From NCBI GenBank assembly GCA_012295275.1, contig CM022671.1, positions 2,170,001 through 2,234,000 of the forward strand: a stretch of 64,000 bases of DNA. Reading direction: 5' to 3'. This document shows, piece after piece, positions 25,814 through 39,416 of this stretch (its first letter is position 1; each line of letters starts with the position of its first letter). The notes beneath the pieces are model-generated. The model was not told the DNA's origin and made no database searches. It saw only the letters and a program-made list of their open reading frames with translations. A program made the translations under genes and the position numbers. Source of the stretch: Chrysomallon squamiferum. Lineage: Eukaryota; Animalia; Mollusca.

Positions 25814-26900
25814 ATGCAGATAGATTTGATTATATTATGTATTATTTGCTGGTGTGTTTCTAACGTTATTGTTGGTAAGTATAATCGTGTGTGTGTGTGT
25901 TAAAGGTTAAAGTATCAGAAAAACATAATTATTGTCTTTAATAAGGTAATATTTTATTTAATTATTACGCCGTGAAAGATTATAATTGTCTCCTTGAACT
26001 GTGGTCGGAATAATCATTATACTTGTGGTTTGACAAGTAGATGTTGATTTTCACTTCAGAAAAAAGAAAAAATCTTCCTTCAGTGCGGACATATCACAAG
26101 TGATTCCGTCTGCTTTGTAATTTTTTCTTTTTTTCTTTTTTTTAAATTTGTTTTTATTTCACTATATTTTGGAAGATAACCTACCTATAACATGACTAGT
26201 AAAGATACTTAGATACTTATAAGGGAGACCGGGACAGAATGGGACACTTTTTAGCAATTTAGTCTCTAATTCAAATAGAAATCGGAAAACAAACCGCTAT
26301 CGTTGTTTAAAAGAAACTTTCATTATATAGGAGCAATTACAAATATCCTGATTTGTTACTCTTTTTGAATAATTAATGGTTAAAGACATCTACCCAAACT
26401 AACTCAAAACATCCCCTGGCTGGGGCAGGTTGGGTCACTCTTGGGGGCAGCATTGGTCAATGTATTATTCACAAGCTAAGTACATTCTAATACATTCAAA
26501 TAATTATAAAAACCAGAATGTACAAGCACCACCAGAGTTACAGCTGTAATAAGAAAACGCTGATGGTTTCCATCCTTTTCAACCGTGTAGCTGGACATTT
26601 TCTTAGCGTCTTAAGATCCAGTGGGAAGCCAGTATGCGAGGTTGTTAGTACATATTCAGTCATTTTTCCCTCTAAAACAATCAGTGGACAAAAAAACGGA
26701 AAGAAAATACTTTCTACACGGTTACCTGTTTAGGTGCCTCTAAAGGATCGAATGAAGATGCATTTAATGAATCAAGTTAAGATCTCTGTAACTGATGTAG
26801 AGAAGACGCCTATAGCCGAAGATTTATCGTGTTTGTTATTTGCGTACAACAAACGCATTATACAATCAGTATTATAATATGGACATGTCGATAAAAAAAA

Positions 26901-26954
<54 letters not shown>

Positions 26955-29900
26955 AATAAAAATCCTTGATAGAAATTGAAAACGTGTTTGCTGATATCGT
27001 ATAATCTTTATCTCTCTGGACGGAACGTTTTGTAGTGTACTTGCTAAACCTCGAAAGTGCCATTGGTAGACTATTAATGTAACCATGAAGCGATTCAATT
27101 ATAGCACTTGATGCCTAAATATATATTTCTATTTCATTCTTATACATACTTATATAATTAAAAATACATTTATTGCCTGAAACAAGATACATATTTTGTT
27201 TTAGTGTTTCCGAAATAGTTAATAATAAATTATTGTTTCTTTTTGTGTTACATTTATTGCAAAATACAATGTTAAACAAATAAAGAGGCTTTATACTGGA
27301 AATTTCAGTCTACATTTTCCTTAAAAGAAACAGCAAAATGCTATGTGTCCGTCTGTCAGTCTGTCTTTGTGTTTTAGAATATGTATGTATGTATGTATGT
27401 ATGTATGCTTATATGTTACACTGAATTACGTTTTGCTGCTCTGCGTACGTAACATTACATTATGTTACACAATTATATCTTACTTTCCTCCTTATTTTCT
27501 TTCTTGTTATTGTCATTTATTTATTTAATGTTTTTATGTTTATTTATTTAATCACGCTGATGTTAAATCAACTCTGACACAATAATTCACATACATAAAT
27601 ATAATGATGTGTGGTTCTTTTATTTTATTTTATTTATTAGCTATAAGCCATCAACAACACTGCTCCTATTGTAAAGGGTCCTGTTTACGCTGCATGCCGG
27701 GATATTATGGAAAACACTGTGATATTAGTTGTAGCAGTTGCAAACCGTGCGATCGCCAGAGCGGAATATGTAATAGTAATGGTAAATATTTCTTTTCCCT
27801 CTCTTTTAATGATGATATAAAGAATTAATCTGAAATTATCTAATACATTTTCTATGCTGTATTTGTGCATATAAACGGCAATTATATTAAAGAGACACAC
27901 AGTTAGACAGAGTGAGATAATAAGATATATAAATATTTAGTTAGACAGAAATGCATATATATGTACTATTGTTTTTATCATAACCTCTTATGACATCTGT
28001 GTTGTCTACTCATTTATTATGATCGATGTGGAAAGAAGATACACCACGGTTTGTCACAAGGGGAGGAAAGCTATGGCAAATAGCTGAGTGAGCGCATTGA
28101 GAGGGTCGACCTATGTCACAATGACCTTCCACTGAGCTATTTTCACTGTGGACTAACAAGTCATTGTTAGAAAATCTTTATACAAGTTATCTCTTTGATT
28201 TATTTATTTATTTATTTATTATTTCAGAGAGAAATTTCACCGAACCACATGACTGGGCATACAACTGCATACAGTGCAATGGCAGTTGCAAATTGTGTTT
28301 TCCTGGATGGTATGGTGAAAACTGTACTCTTAAATGTTTAAACTGCGATATCGATAGATGCGATAAAGTCAACGGTTCTTGCTACAAATGCTCTCCTGGT
28401 TTAACTGGTAATAATTGTACAGAACTATGTCCAGACAATTGTGGATCATCTTTTGGTAACAAACCCGTGTGTAATCGACTTTCACAAGAATGTCTAGATG
28501 GCTGCAACAAAGGTTGGTGGGGAAATCACTGCCGTGAAAAATGTAGCGAGGGTTGTCTGTATTCAGAATGTTCTTACGATGGGACATTGTGTATACATGG
28601 TTGTAAAACTGGATACATTGGAGATCAATGCATACGTACAAATTGTAATGAAAACTGTTCTGAATGTGACAAGGAAAACAACTGTTTAAAATGTAAAGAC
28701 AAAATGTATGGCGTAAACTGTTCTCTGAGGTGTAATGAAGGATGTCTTGGAGGGGATTGTCAGAGAGATGGTTCATGCGAATGTCGCCATGGATTCTTCG
28801 GAACCGACTGTGGCAGTAAAAACAAAACTGCCGAAGGTAGACCACAAATTTATTAAATTTTAAAAGTTAATATTAGTGGTGATATAATTATTAAAAATTA
28901 ACATTTGAAAAAGATGAATAGTAAATGAGAAAGAAAAGAAGATGTATTTTATACACACACATGCACACACACATACTACACACACATACACAGATACTGG
29001 GAATAATTGGTTACTCTCTTAAGATATAAGTTTTATCATTTGAAGATAGGAATGCCCCGTTGCAGTGAGGCTTTGACGAGACACACGCATACACACTTTA
29101 TAAATACACACACATATTGGAGAGAGATAACCAGTTAGGTAGAAAGACAGAGAGAGATAGATAGACAGAAAGCGAATATCCAATATTAAAATATGTTTAT
29201 CACTGAAAACACTGACATGGTCATTATTCTTAGGTTCCTGTCCTCCTGGTTGGTTCGGACCCAAGTGTCAACACAAGTGTAACAACTGCAACAAATATGG
29301 TTGCGAAAAACAAACAGGAATTTGTCACGTGTGCAGAGAAGGGTATTTTGGTTACAACTGTTCAGATCGCTGTTCAGAGAATTGTAATTTAAATTACGAT
29401 AACATTAACAAATCTTCCTGCAACCCAAAGACAGGGCAGTGTTTATATGGTTGTGTTAAAGGATGGTTTGGAGACCGATGTGAAAAGAAATGCAGTTTAG
29501 GATGTCGAAATAGAACTTGTAACAAAATTGGAACAAAATGTTCCGAAGGATGCATTGATGGACGATATGGTGACACATGTAATAAGAAGTGTAGTAAAAA
29601 CTGTATTAAACAACTTTGTGAAAATGATGGAACGTGTCCTGATGGCTGCTATCCTGGATGGACCGGCAGATACTGTCTGCAGAATTCTCCTAAACTTGAA
29701 GGTAAAAGGGCATAATATGTTAAGTATCAGATACAGTTAATGAGATCCAAATAAAATATTGTGTGAAAACAAAGAGAAAAAAAAAAAGAAAAAAAAAAAA
29801 AAAAAAAAAAAAAGAATTAAAAACAAAAAAGAAAAATTAAAAAATACCAGGTCTGAAACTTCTTAATTACATTATGTTTTTTTACTATGACTATTAAAAC

Positions 29901-31081
29901 TGCTTTATATATTTTTATTATTATATACGTCCATTTTCATTTAAAGACTTCATTATATATATATTTCTAATAAAACAGGTTTATCCATATTTAATTTTAT
30001 TCGTTTTGTTAAATGATATTAATAGATATTACTGATGAACCTCGTGTAATTATTATTTTATATTTTTTATATTTTTTTTATTTGTAGGTTATGCGACAAC
30101 ACTTGAATTAATTATTGCATTCATTGTGTTTTTCGTTGTACTTTTAGCTGCTTATGTTATACGCAAGTAAGTTGTTATTAATCAGTTGTGTAATGAGTAT
30201 AGTGTCCGAGCGCGAATGTTTGTTATTTTAATTGAGATTTACACTCAGACATTTCTGTAGCATTTTATGAATACATATTTCACACCACATGTGTCTCTGA
30301 TGTATGAAGTATTTCTTCATAAGCATTGTACATTTATTATTAATGATCTGTAAACAATTTTTATGCTTATTTTATTTTATTTAGTACGCTAGTGTTAGGT
30401 CTGCCTGATTTAGTCTATGCATAAAGAAGACAATCGAAATTTTTTTAAGTTACTCAATGTGTGTATATATATTTTACTTAATCAATGATTATCACTCATT
30501 CTCTAAGTATATGCGTGTGCATCAGTATCTGCCTGCGAGCTTGTTACATATTTGATTTAACTGTTATGTTTATAGAGGCTGTAATAAATGAAGACAACAT
30601 ATATGCGTTTGAAGGTGTGTGTGTGTGTGTGTGTGTGTGTTCTAATGCTATTTTAGCTGTATGGATTATTCACTTTTCCTGTCTCGCACTTTATTCATCT
30701 CTCAACATATAACGTAGTTCTGTTACTGTATATATGTGTTTTGTATCATTTCACGTTCCTTTACGTTCCGATAATAAATGTTCCTTGTGTGTAATTTCAA
30801 TAGAATCCATAAAATATTGACTGATAAATGAATATTTATTTTGTTACAGGAATAGGAAGAACGCTGAACATAAAGAACCGAATTCAGCACCTGAATCAGT
30901 TTCTTTGTCTGACAACACATCAACGGTTACTGATCACTATGATCAAATTAATGAATCTCAGTTAGAGAGTTTCTCAGACATTTCATCAAATAACTCTGAA
31001 CAAATTCCGTTATGTTTCAACAACAACAACAACAACCAGATATATTTGCATCCTACAGTAGAAGATGTTTTTATTCCTTAA
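25814..31081 (+). CDS. Intact multiple-EGF-like-domain type I membrane receptor, 529 aa; exons 25814-25874, 27641-27781, 28228-28836, 29234-29701, 30088-30166, 30850-31081
   Basis: Signal peptide MQIDLIILCIICWCVSNVIV; three phase 1-1 Cys-rich exons; TM LIIAFIVFFVVLLAAYVI; tail with DHYDQI and IYLHP. All junctions GT-AG; exon lengths sum to 1590 nt with no internal stop. Confidence 0.9.
26220..26760. mobile_element. Decayed pogo-like DNA transposon relic in intron 1
   Basis: End TAAGGGAGACCGGGACAGAATGGGACAC with sub-terminal GGGGCAGGTTGGGTCA/GGGGCAGCATTGGTCA. Minus-strand KQVTV*...CPLIVLEGK resembles DDE_1 transposase PPLIIFKGK. Confidence 0.4.
28020..28146 (-). mobile_element. Decayed tRNA-derived SINE head
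   Basis: Minus strand begins with the A-box TAGCTCAGTGG in a GC-richer island; the B-box is degenerate. Confidence 0.3.
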
Positions 31082-32879
31082 GTTTCATGACAAGGGAGAA
31101 AGAAAGGAGAATGAAAAAACAAAAGGATGAGATAAAAAATGTGTTCAACATAAGTATAGCGTTTAGCTTGCGTGTTGAGAAGAATATTTTAGGTATTTAC
31201 TCCAAATAATAATAATAATAATAATAAGAAGAAGAAGAAGAAGAAGAAATAGAAAACAAAAGAAAAGAAGAACAACCAAACACTGTGTTGTAATATAACA
31301 ATACATAGACCAACGTAATATTTGTATCTCTAGTACAAACATTACTTTTCTCTTTTCACAACCACTTAGGTATTAAAGCTTCTTTCATGTATTAGTTTCA
31401 AAGAGAAAAAAGAAGAAAAAAAAAAAATAATAAATACGAAGAAAGAAAACAACCACTGTTGTGATAGGTCACTGGACCAGTTCTCCTTAGTTCGCGTTCC
31501 TAGATGATTTCCCATTCCAGTCAGACTAACATGACTCGTTTATTACAGTACATGGAATGTGGACATTTTTCTTGATCCTGCTCAACAACTAATAATCTAA
31601 ATCACTGGTAATGGACATAATATAAATCACATGATTACTTAAAAATGTAACTGTAGAACTTTTATTGTTTGTTTCTAATTTCGAAAACATACTAACTACT
31701 TAATCTTTAATGTGTTCGAAATGTTTTGTTTAGATTAAAATTTATAATTTTTTGATGTAATTATTTATTTTGATGTTTACAAAGCTGTTAAAATTATTAA
31801 TAAATCATTTAATTTTTGTGACGTCATTTATAATTTCATTGTTTGTTCCTTTGTTGGCTTGTTTGCTTGTTTGTTCCATCATCCATTCATTTTTATTTAT
31901 TTATTTATTTGAATATTTCCTTATTCATTAATTTTTATTTAATTGTTAAATTAATTCAAGTTCAGGAATCTGTAGGTGACAGTTACATGAATCTCTTATT
32001 TTAACAATACAAAGCTAACCATCAATGTTGATACCAGATCTTTCTGTTGAAGAAACAAAATTAGAAAACTATTCACCGTATTTCACTACTCGATTTAGTG
32101 CATTGCAGTTGTCGTAATTCTCCGAGAAGAAAGATTTCTAACTATAGAAATGAATATTTACTGAATAGAATTACTTGAGAATGCGAACGTGATCATGTTC
32201 AGTAATTTAATAGCTGACGTAATAACTTTAGATCACGCGAGTTTTCACGACTAATTAAATAACTAAAACAGGAAGTTATTTTGTGTTTTACTTATTCAAA
32301 CAAGATTATTAAACTGGTTCTCTTAGCCGTGTTAAAACTGTCGTCTACAATTTCTGTTTTTTTGATTCAAATGAACTATATAATGAATTTTTTTCTTTTT
32401 ATTTATTTATTTATTAAGTAGTATAATAGTTGTTGCTGTTGTGGTGTTGTTGTTGTTGTACTGTGTTGATATGAACTTCTACTGAATTCATCATGATGTA
32501 ATAAATAGAAATGTAACATTTAGCGGCAGACGACTAGTTATCTTATATCTTTTTCTATCAATTATTTCTCATGGTAATCTCTTTAATTATATAAACCGAC
32601 AGCGAGAAAATACCAATGAACAAGTGAAAATAGATATAGATATATTTCTTATATTAAAAATATCTCTGACCAATTCTATTCATTGTATATAATTTAAATA
32701 TCGTTTCTTTCTAAAAATCCAACATACATTTTGTAATACCTTATGAAAACAGCTACATATTATAAGTAATCAGTTATACATGTTAATTTTATTGCTGAAA
32801 AATCTTCATAGTTAAAATAATAATAATAATAACAAACATGAACAAGCAATGAGGAAGATACAAATGTTGTACAGTTATC

Positions 32880-33123
32880 TTTGCAAATCTTATTACATTT
32901 TCCGTGGTCAGCACCATGGTTGTGATCTTTCAAACGTAAATGACCTTGCTGACGCTGAAGTAATAATTAAGCTGTAGTTACAGTCGTCATGGATTTAACT
33001 AATCACATTAGTAAGTTGTATCCTCATCAGTAGCATTAGCACTAATATATCATATGTATTCAGACGAAGAAGCTGATTCCCATTTAGAATTTGATTCTTG
33101 ACCGTAAACTTTAATTATTTTTT
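32880..33123 (-). pseudogene. Inverted, decayed copy of the cytoplasmic-tail exon
   Basis: TTACAG acceptor; QESNSKWESASSSEY...TY*CD*LNP*RL aligns with KEPNSAPESVSLSDN...TDHYDQINESQL. Confidence 0.55.
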
Positions 33124-34789
33124 CTGTAATAAATAAATGACTATTCTCAAATAATAATATGTAGAAAATTCTGCATTTGATAGAATAGAAATAAAAAATT
33201 TAGTGGAACTGAAATAACAAAAATACATAAAAATTAAAAGAAAGAGTGACCGAGAGAAATAGAAAATAATACACATAAACCTAAAATCAATATAAATAGG
33301 GTAAAAAAAAAGATATAAAAATAACTATGAATATTTCCTCTAGGAATTTATGTCTGGTGTGTATCATGCGCTGTGGAAACAGAGATCAGTAGGTAACTTG
33401 ATTCAGTCCTTATAACGCCTTTCTGGGAAATATTTCAGTACTCGCAAGAAAAGTTTTGTTCGTTTAAGCTTTCTTATCAGTGATAGAAAAAAAAAATAAC
33501 AATTTGTTTTAATGCCATCTAAGTTATTACGGATATGTATCAGTTCTCTTGTGTCAATTTATCAGTTATAACATTTCACATTTGACTTTTTCTATATCTA
33601 CATGCCTGTGTTGTATGTACATCGTTTCTTCTGTTTCAGATTATTTTCTGATTTTAACTTTCATTCTTTATTTATTTAATTATTGTTTTCTTTTCTTTTG
33701 TTCATTTGTTTTCGTTTATTTATTTATTTATTTATTTATTTATTTGCTTATTTATTTATTTATTTATTTATTTTGTAAAGGAATCTGCTCATAAACTAAC
33801 TTGGTTCAGTATCTGAAATACCACGAAGAAGGAAATCTATAGCAGTATGTTAATGATTAATATAATGTACCATGCAGTTTCTTTTTTTTCCCATTTTTAA
33901 AAATATTTTCACAAAATAATAATATATAGAATTAATTAATTTATTTATGTATTTTATTGACTTCATGATAAGTTTTACTAAACATATTTTTTCACAAGGT
34001 TGTTTTGTTTTTCTGATTTTTAGATATATTTTATAACAAAACTCTTCTTTATGTTTTAAACATTACAGTTTATTGACTTGATGGTAAAATATATACGTGT
34101 TGTGTCTCTGCACATACACAACTAGTATGTAAATATAATTATGTTGTCCTCTGTTTTCTTTTTAATTATTATTTTGTTCTTTTAAGTTCTCTGCTACTTT
34201 ATTTAATGTGCACACAGATACACATACACAAAAAGCCACATTTGTAAAGCTAGGACTTAAAAATATTAACTTAGATAACATTACATAATTATTTCTTTGT
34301 CTTCCATTTCTGATATTAAAGCTTAAACGAGCAATTCTTTTCTTTTAAATACTGAAATATTTCCCAGAATAAGGTCATAAGGACTGACTTGTCAAGTTAA
34401 TTACACCTTTCGGGCACTGTTTATACAGTGTTTGTTTGTTGTTTTGTTTTTTTTCTCTTTGTTTTTTAACGCCTCTACAGTATACATTGTCTTGTTCTTG
34501 TTTTGTTTTTGACATATGTTCTTCGCTTGCAATCACAAACACACATACACACACAGGTGTCCTCGAAAAAGTCAGACGTCCCATAACGCAGACGCATTAA
34601 AACAACACAAGTCACGGTTGAGCGCATTACTAATGACCTACCGTTTACCTTGAATAATACATGTAGAAAATAATAGAACAGTCTGATACAACTAAATATA
34701 GAATACAGAACAAAATGATATAAAATTAGATTTATTTCAAGATTTTAACACGTCCATTTTTATGATAATTTTAAAGGAATTTTAAAAGT

Positions 34790-35200
34790 AACTGAATGGG
34801 CTAAGCCTTTCATAAAAATGGATTTTGCAGCCTGTAGAACTACAATTTGCTCATCTGCAGAGAACACAATTTCATCGCAAGTCTGTGGTAGAGCAGAACT
34901 TATCTCTGTCTTACAGTGCACTGCTCACACTGGGAAAGGAAGGCAAACGAGGAACAGTTTATGATGGTTTCTTTGCAACCTCATCATTGTATATTTGCTT
35001 CATTGCTGTTGTTTCTTCTCTTGCTCGATTCCACAGTATGTTTATTAATCGAGCAACATTCGGGTCACTTGGAAAATGCTTGTGTTCTTTTGTGTTCAGT
35101 ATAAAAATGCCAAGTACCGTGCACTTCCCAAAACACGCTTTTCACATGCATCTGCAGTGAAGGCTTCCCCACTGTATGAAATCAGTAGATGTAAGAAAAG
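34790..35200 (-). mobile_element. Second copy of the FLYWCH/MULE transposase relic
   Basis: Paralog of 3300-3720; retains 24 nt between TCGA repeats that copy 1 has deleted. Confidence 0.65.
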
Positions 35201-37907
35201 ACTTTAAATATGTACTGTGCAAAATAAAACAATACTGTGATGAAGTCTGACAGCTAATTGATTAACTCTAGCGGAGCACTAAAGCAGTCAGGGGTGTACA
35301 GGACACATTATATAACCCAATAAAGAATTTTGTCTATCAAATGGTTTGTCTGTCTTTCTGGAGGGAACCCGCCACATACATATATAATTATATAATTGTT
35401 AGTGTCTCTTTTGTAACGTTCTGCCTGCCGTTGTTGTTTTGACAAGTTTTATTTTAACTCTGTGATGGAAAAAGAATACAAATATGGCCACAAAGCATTA
35501 TCTAAATGGAGAGCGGAGGTAGAGAGACAAATAGGCAGACACAACGGTTATAGATAGATAATAATACATGGAGATTAAGAAATATACTGACTACAATAAG
35601 CAGACACAGACGTACACATGAAGATAGAGAGACGCACGGATGACAGATGGATAGACACCATATTTATAGGGAGATAGAAAGATAGACTGATTATAGAGAT
35701 ATACATGAAGATAGATAGTCTCATTACAGTTACTCAGGCAGACAGACAAACATATATTTCCTCTTCCACAAGTGCCAATACAGTTAGCTTACTTAATAAT
35801 AAAATAAACGTATTTGCAGTCTACATTTAAATAGCATTCTTATATTCAAAGAAATCGTGCAGATAATAAAAGCTAAAGCCGAACCACTTTTTGACTGACT
35901 TCTGTTTTATTTTACTAAAAGTAACGATTTCTTTGTATAAAGCTGTATATAGTTTGTTCATAGACATATTTTATACTCTCACTGTAGTTTTATTACAGCA
36001 GCAGTAATATTAGTAACGCTGAACTGTCTTTGTATTGTCCAGAAAAATCTCGTCAAACAGCAAATTATGAAGAAATTTTAAATTATTTTGTTTTATTCTT
36101 TCGTTCGCTCGTTCACTTTTAGTTCCTAATTCCGTAGTTTCCTAATTAATTTTCCCAATTTGTTTAACTTTTGCCATTGTCTATAGTGGCTTGAAACGAC
36201 ATATAGTTTGATTACTGTTCTAAATGTTAAATTATTCCATTCATTTCTTTTTGGTATTTTGTTTTCTCGAAATAAAGCATTTTATTACATTTTTTTATTA
36301 TATACTGCGATAGTGTACATTAATAGTATACACTAATCTCGTCCTAAAATAGCCAGTCAGAATTGGTAGAAACAAATTCAGTACTGCGTATCTTTCAAAC
36401 AAAACTAAGTTTCGCCGTTTCTCAAAGTAAACGTTTACGTAGCTTGTTTATCTCTGTGTTAGTGTATGGGGATAAAACAACAGATGTATAAATAAAATAA
36501 CTGTGAAGATTTTCTCTGGGTGTTTATTCACTGGAAATATCATGCGCTGTGATCCAAAGGTGTAATTAGTCATTTCTTATGACGTCATAATGAGAAATAT
36601 TTCAGTATTTAAAAGAAAAGGTTTGCTCGTTTAAGCTTTAATGATAGAAAAAAAAAATTGTGTAAAACCATCTAAGTTACTATGGATATGTATCAGTACT
36701 TTAGTGTCCAGTTATAAGTAATAGCTTTACAAATATCACTTTATTTATATCTACAGGCTTATGTATATACATCTATATGTGTATGTATCTATGAATGTAG
36801 GCATATTAAATAAAGGACAAAGTAACTGCAAATTAAAAATAAAACATTCAACTTAAGACGTATATGATGAAATGAATGAAGTTTTTTTTCTTCTTTTCTT
36901 TCTTTTTCTTTTCTTATCTCGTTTTTTTTCTTTTTCACATTTTTCTTCTTCTTTTTTATCTTTTATTCTTTCTTGATTTTTTTCTTTTTCTTTTCTTTCG
37001 TTCATTCCTTTTCATTTATTTATATATTTATTTATTTATTTTGTAACCTTTGGCCACCAAAGGAAAATGCACATAAACTAGGTTCAGTATCTTAAATACC
37101 ACGAAGAAGGAAATCCATAGCCATACATTAGTGATTAATATAATGCTCTAAGTAACTTCTTTCTTTCTTATATTTTTAAAAATATTTTCACAAAAAAATA
37201 ATAAACAGAATTAATTAATTTATGTTTTCATGGTCATTTTCACAAAACATATTTTGATTTTCTGATTTTTAAATATAATGTTTTTATAACAAGATTCATC
37301 TTCATGTTTTTAACATATTTATTATTCTTGTGTTGTTGCTGCTGCTGTAATAATAATAGCAACAGTGCTAATAGTAATTGTTGTTTATATTTATTTAATT
37401 AATCATTTTATTATTTTAGCTGTGTTATGTATATATATATATATATATATGTATGTAATTAAACATAGTTAATATTTATATATTACATCAATCTACATAG
37501 TCTTAGCTTCTTGTCTGGTTTAGTTTATAAAGATATTAATCCAATAAGAATCAAATAATCACTTAAAAATTAGCTATAATTAGTCGATACCATTCCCAGA
37601 CTAAAAATAAATAGATGAGGGAATGAATGAAATAATTTAACATAAAAGAAAAGTAATCTAACTATATGTCATATCTAAACACTATAGACAACGGCAAAAT
37701 GTAAACAAATTGGGAAAGTTAATTAGGAAATCATAGAATTAGGAATTAAAGAAATAAACTTAAAATTAACAGTCATCAGTCGATTGAATTCCGAGATTTA
37801 AACTGAGTAATTTAACACAAAAAAAAAAAAAAAAAATTTAACATGAAGACATCTTTCATTTCTTGATATTTAACTGTTTCAGGAGTATAAAGAAAAGGTG
37901 TAAAAAC

Positions 37908-38244
37908 ATGGGAGTTCTTCTCTTCTTACTCTTTACTGTACCATCCGTGTATTCTTTAGAGAAACCTCACTGTAAAGTACCCGGTGAATATAAACAGCAT
38001 TCTTCCACACTCTGTCAAAGTGGATGTGAAGATAGATGGCAAGGAATCCAGTGTAGACGAAGATGTCCTGAGTTCTGTCTCAAATGTGATCGCGTGACTG
38101 GAAACTGTTCTGGACAGTGCAAAGACGGTTATTTTGGAATCAGTTGTTCATCTGAATGTTTGGAATGTTCACAGTGTGACGCAGATGGTGTCTGTATTAA
38201 CAGTGGAACCACTGGAAATAGTACAACACCAGCAGTATATATCT
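37908..38244 (+). CDS. Intact type B EGF exon (acceptor 37883, ATG 37908, phase-1 GTGAGT donor); downstream exons not adjacent
   Basis: Open frame MGVLLFLLFTVPSVYS..CQSGCEDRWQGIQC..CKDGYFGISC..TTGNSTTPA. Confidence 0.7.
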
Positions 38245-39305
38245 GTGAGTTACTTTACTGTGTTATTGTTCAGTCATAGATTATAATTTTAAATTTGTAT
38301 TTATTTATTTATTTATTTATTTGTTTCTTTGTTTGCTTATTTTAATTTATTTCTTATTTAATTTGTTAGATACTAAATGATTAGATACTAATAATAATGC
38401 TATTGATGAGATTACAGTTTACTTATTTATATAATTAATTATAACAACAATGATAACTACAACTACTTCTATTACTAGCTCTTCTAACATTGCTGTTGCT
38501 GCTGTAATACAAATACGGCGCAAGTATGAAGCAGGTCTGCAAGGAATGTTTAAAATAAATGTATCAGGATGAACAAAATAAAAGTAAAGTTAGGGTATAA
38601 AATAGGTGTAAAATGAGAGCATAAAATAAATGCATAGTGAAAGTATAAAATAAGTTTAAAGTGATGTCTAAAAATGGGTGCAGTGAATAATATATATGTA
38701 ATAAGTGCATGGTGAAGTATATAAGTGAACAGCGAGCGTATAAACATTAATGTGTTTATAGTGAGTGTATAAAAATTAATACTTGTCCAATGAACGTATC
38801 CATAATAAAACTAGTTCTGTGAGAGTACAAAGTAAATGTTCACAGAAGGTACTCTCAACAATGTTCATTGAATAAATAATAAATATTTACATCGGAAAGA
38901 AATAAAAAAACTAGTACCCCAAGAAACAACAGCAACAACACTAATACAACTGTAGTGTTAATCTGTTGGTATATTATTACAGACAAAGAAGCGTAAATAT
39001 AGTTGTAGTGTTAATAAGTTAGAAGACTGTTATAGACACTGAATACTGTATAGTTATCTAAAGATATTCACTCAAGGGTGAAATGTGAGTCATTTTATAC
39101 AAATTATATATTACGTTAAAAGGTACATGTAAAGGATCATTTGTTGACTACCAGCACAGACTTACCTCGCGTGACAGCTCAGATTAACAGATAAAAGGTC
39201 TTTTCTGAGGACTCCTTGAATGTTTATCAACAAAAGGCGATATTTCTACTTGCTTATCAACGATCTTGTTATGTTATTCTGTAACTGAGCTGGGTGACAA
39301 GAACC

Positions 39306-39363
39306 ATGGAACTAAAAAACATGCTTCTTCTTTTTATACTACTATTCTGCTTCTTGATAGAAG
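39306..39363 (+). pseudogene. Orphan type A signal-peptide exon with GC donor
   Basis: MELKNMLLLFILLFCFLIEG|GCAATA; no type A EGF exons follow in gap-free sequence. Confidence 0.7.
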
Positions 39364-39365
39364 GC

Positions 39366-39416
<51 letters not shown>

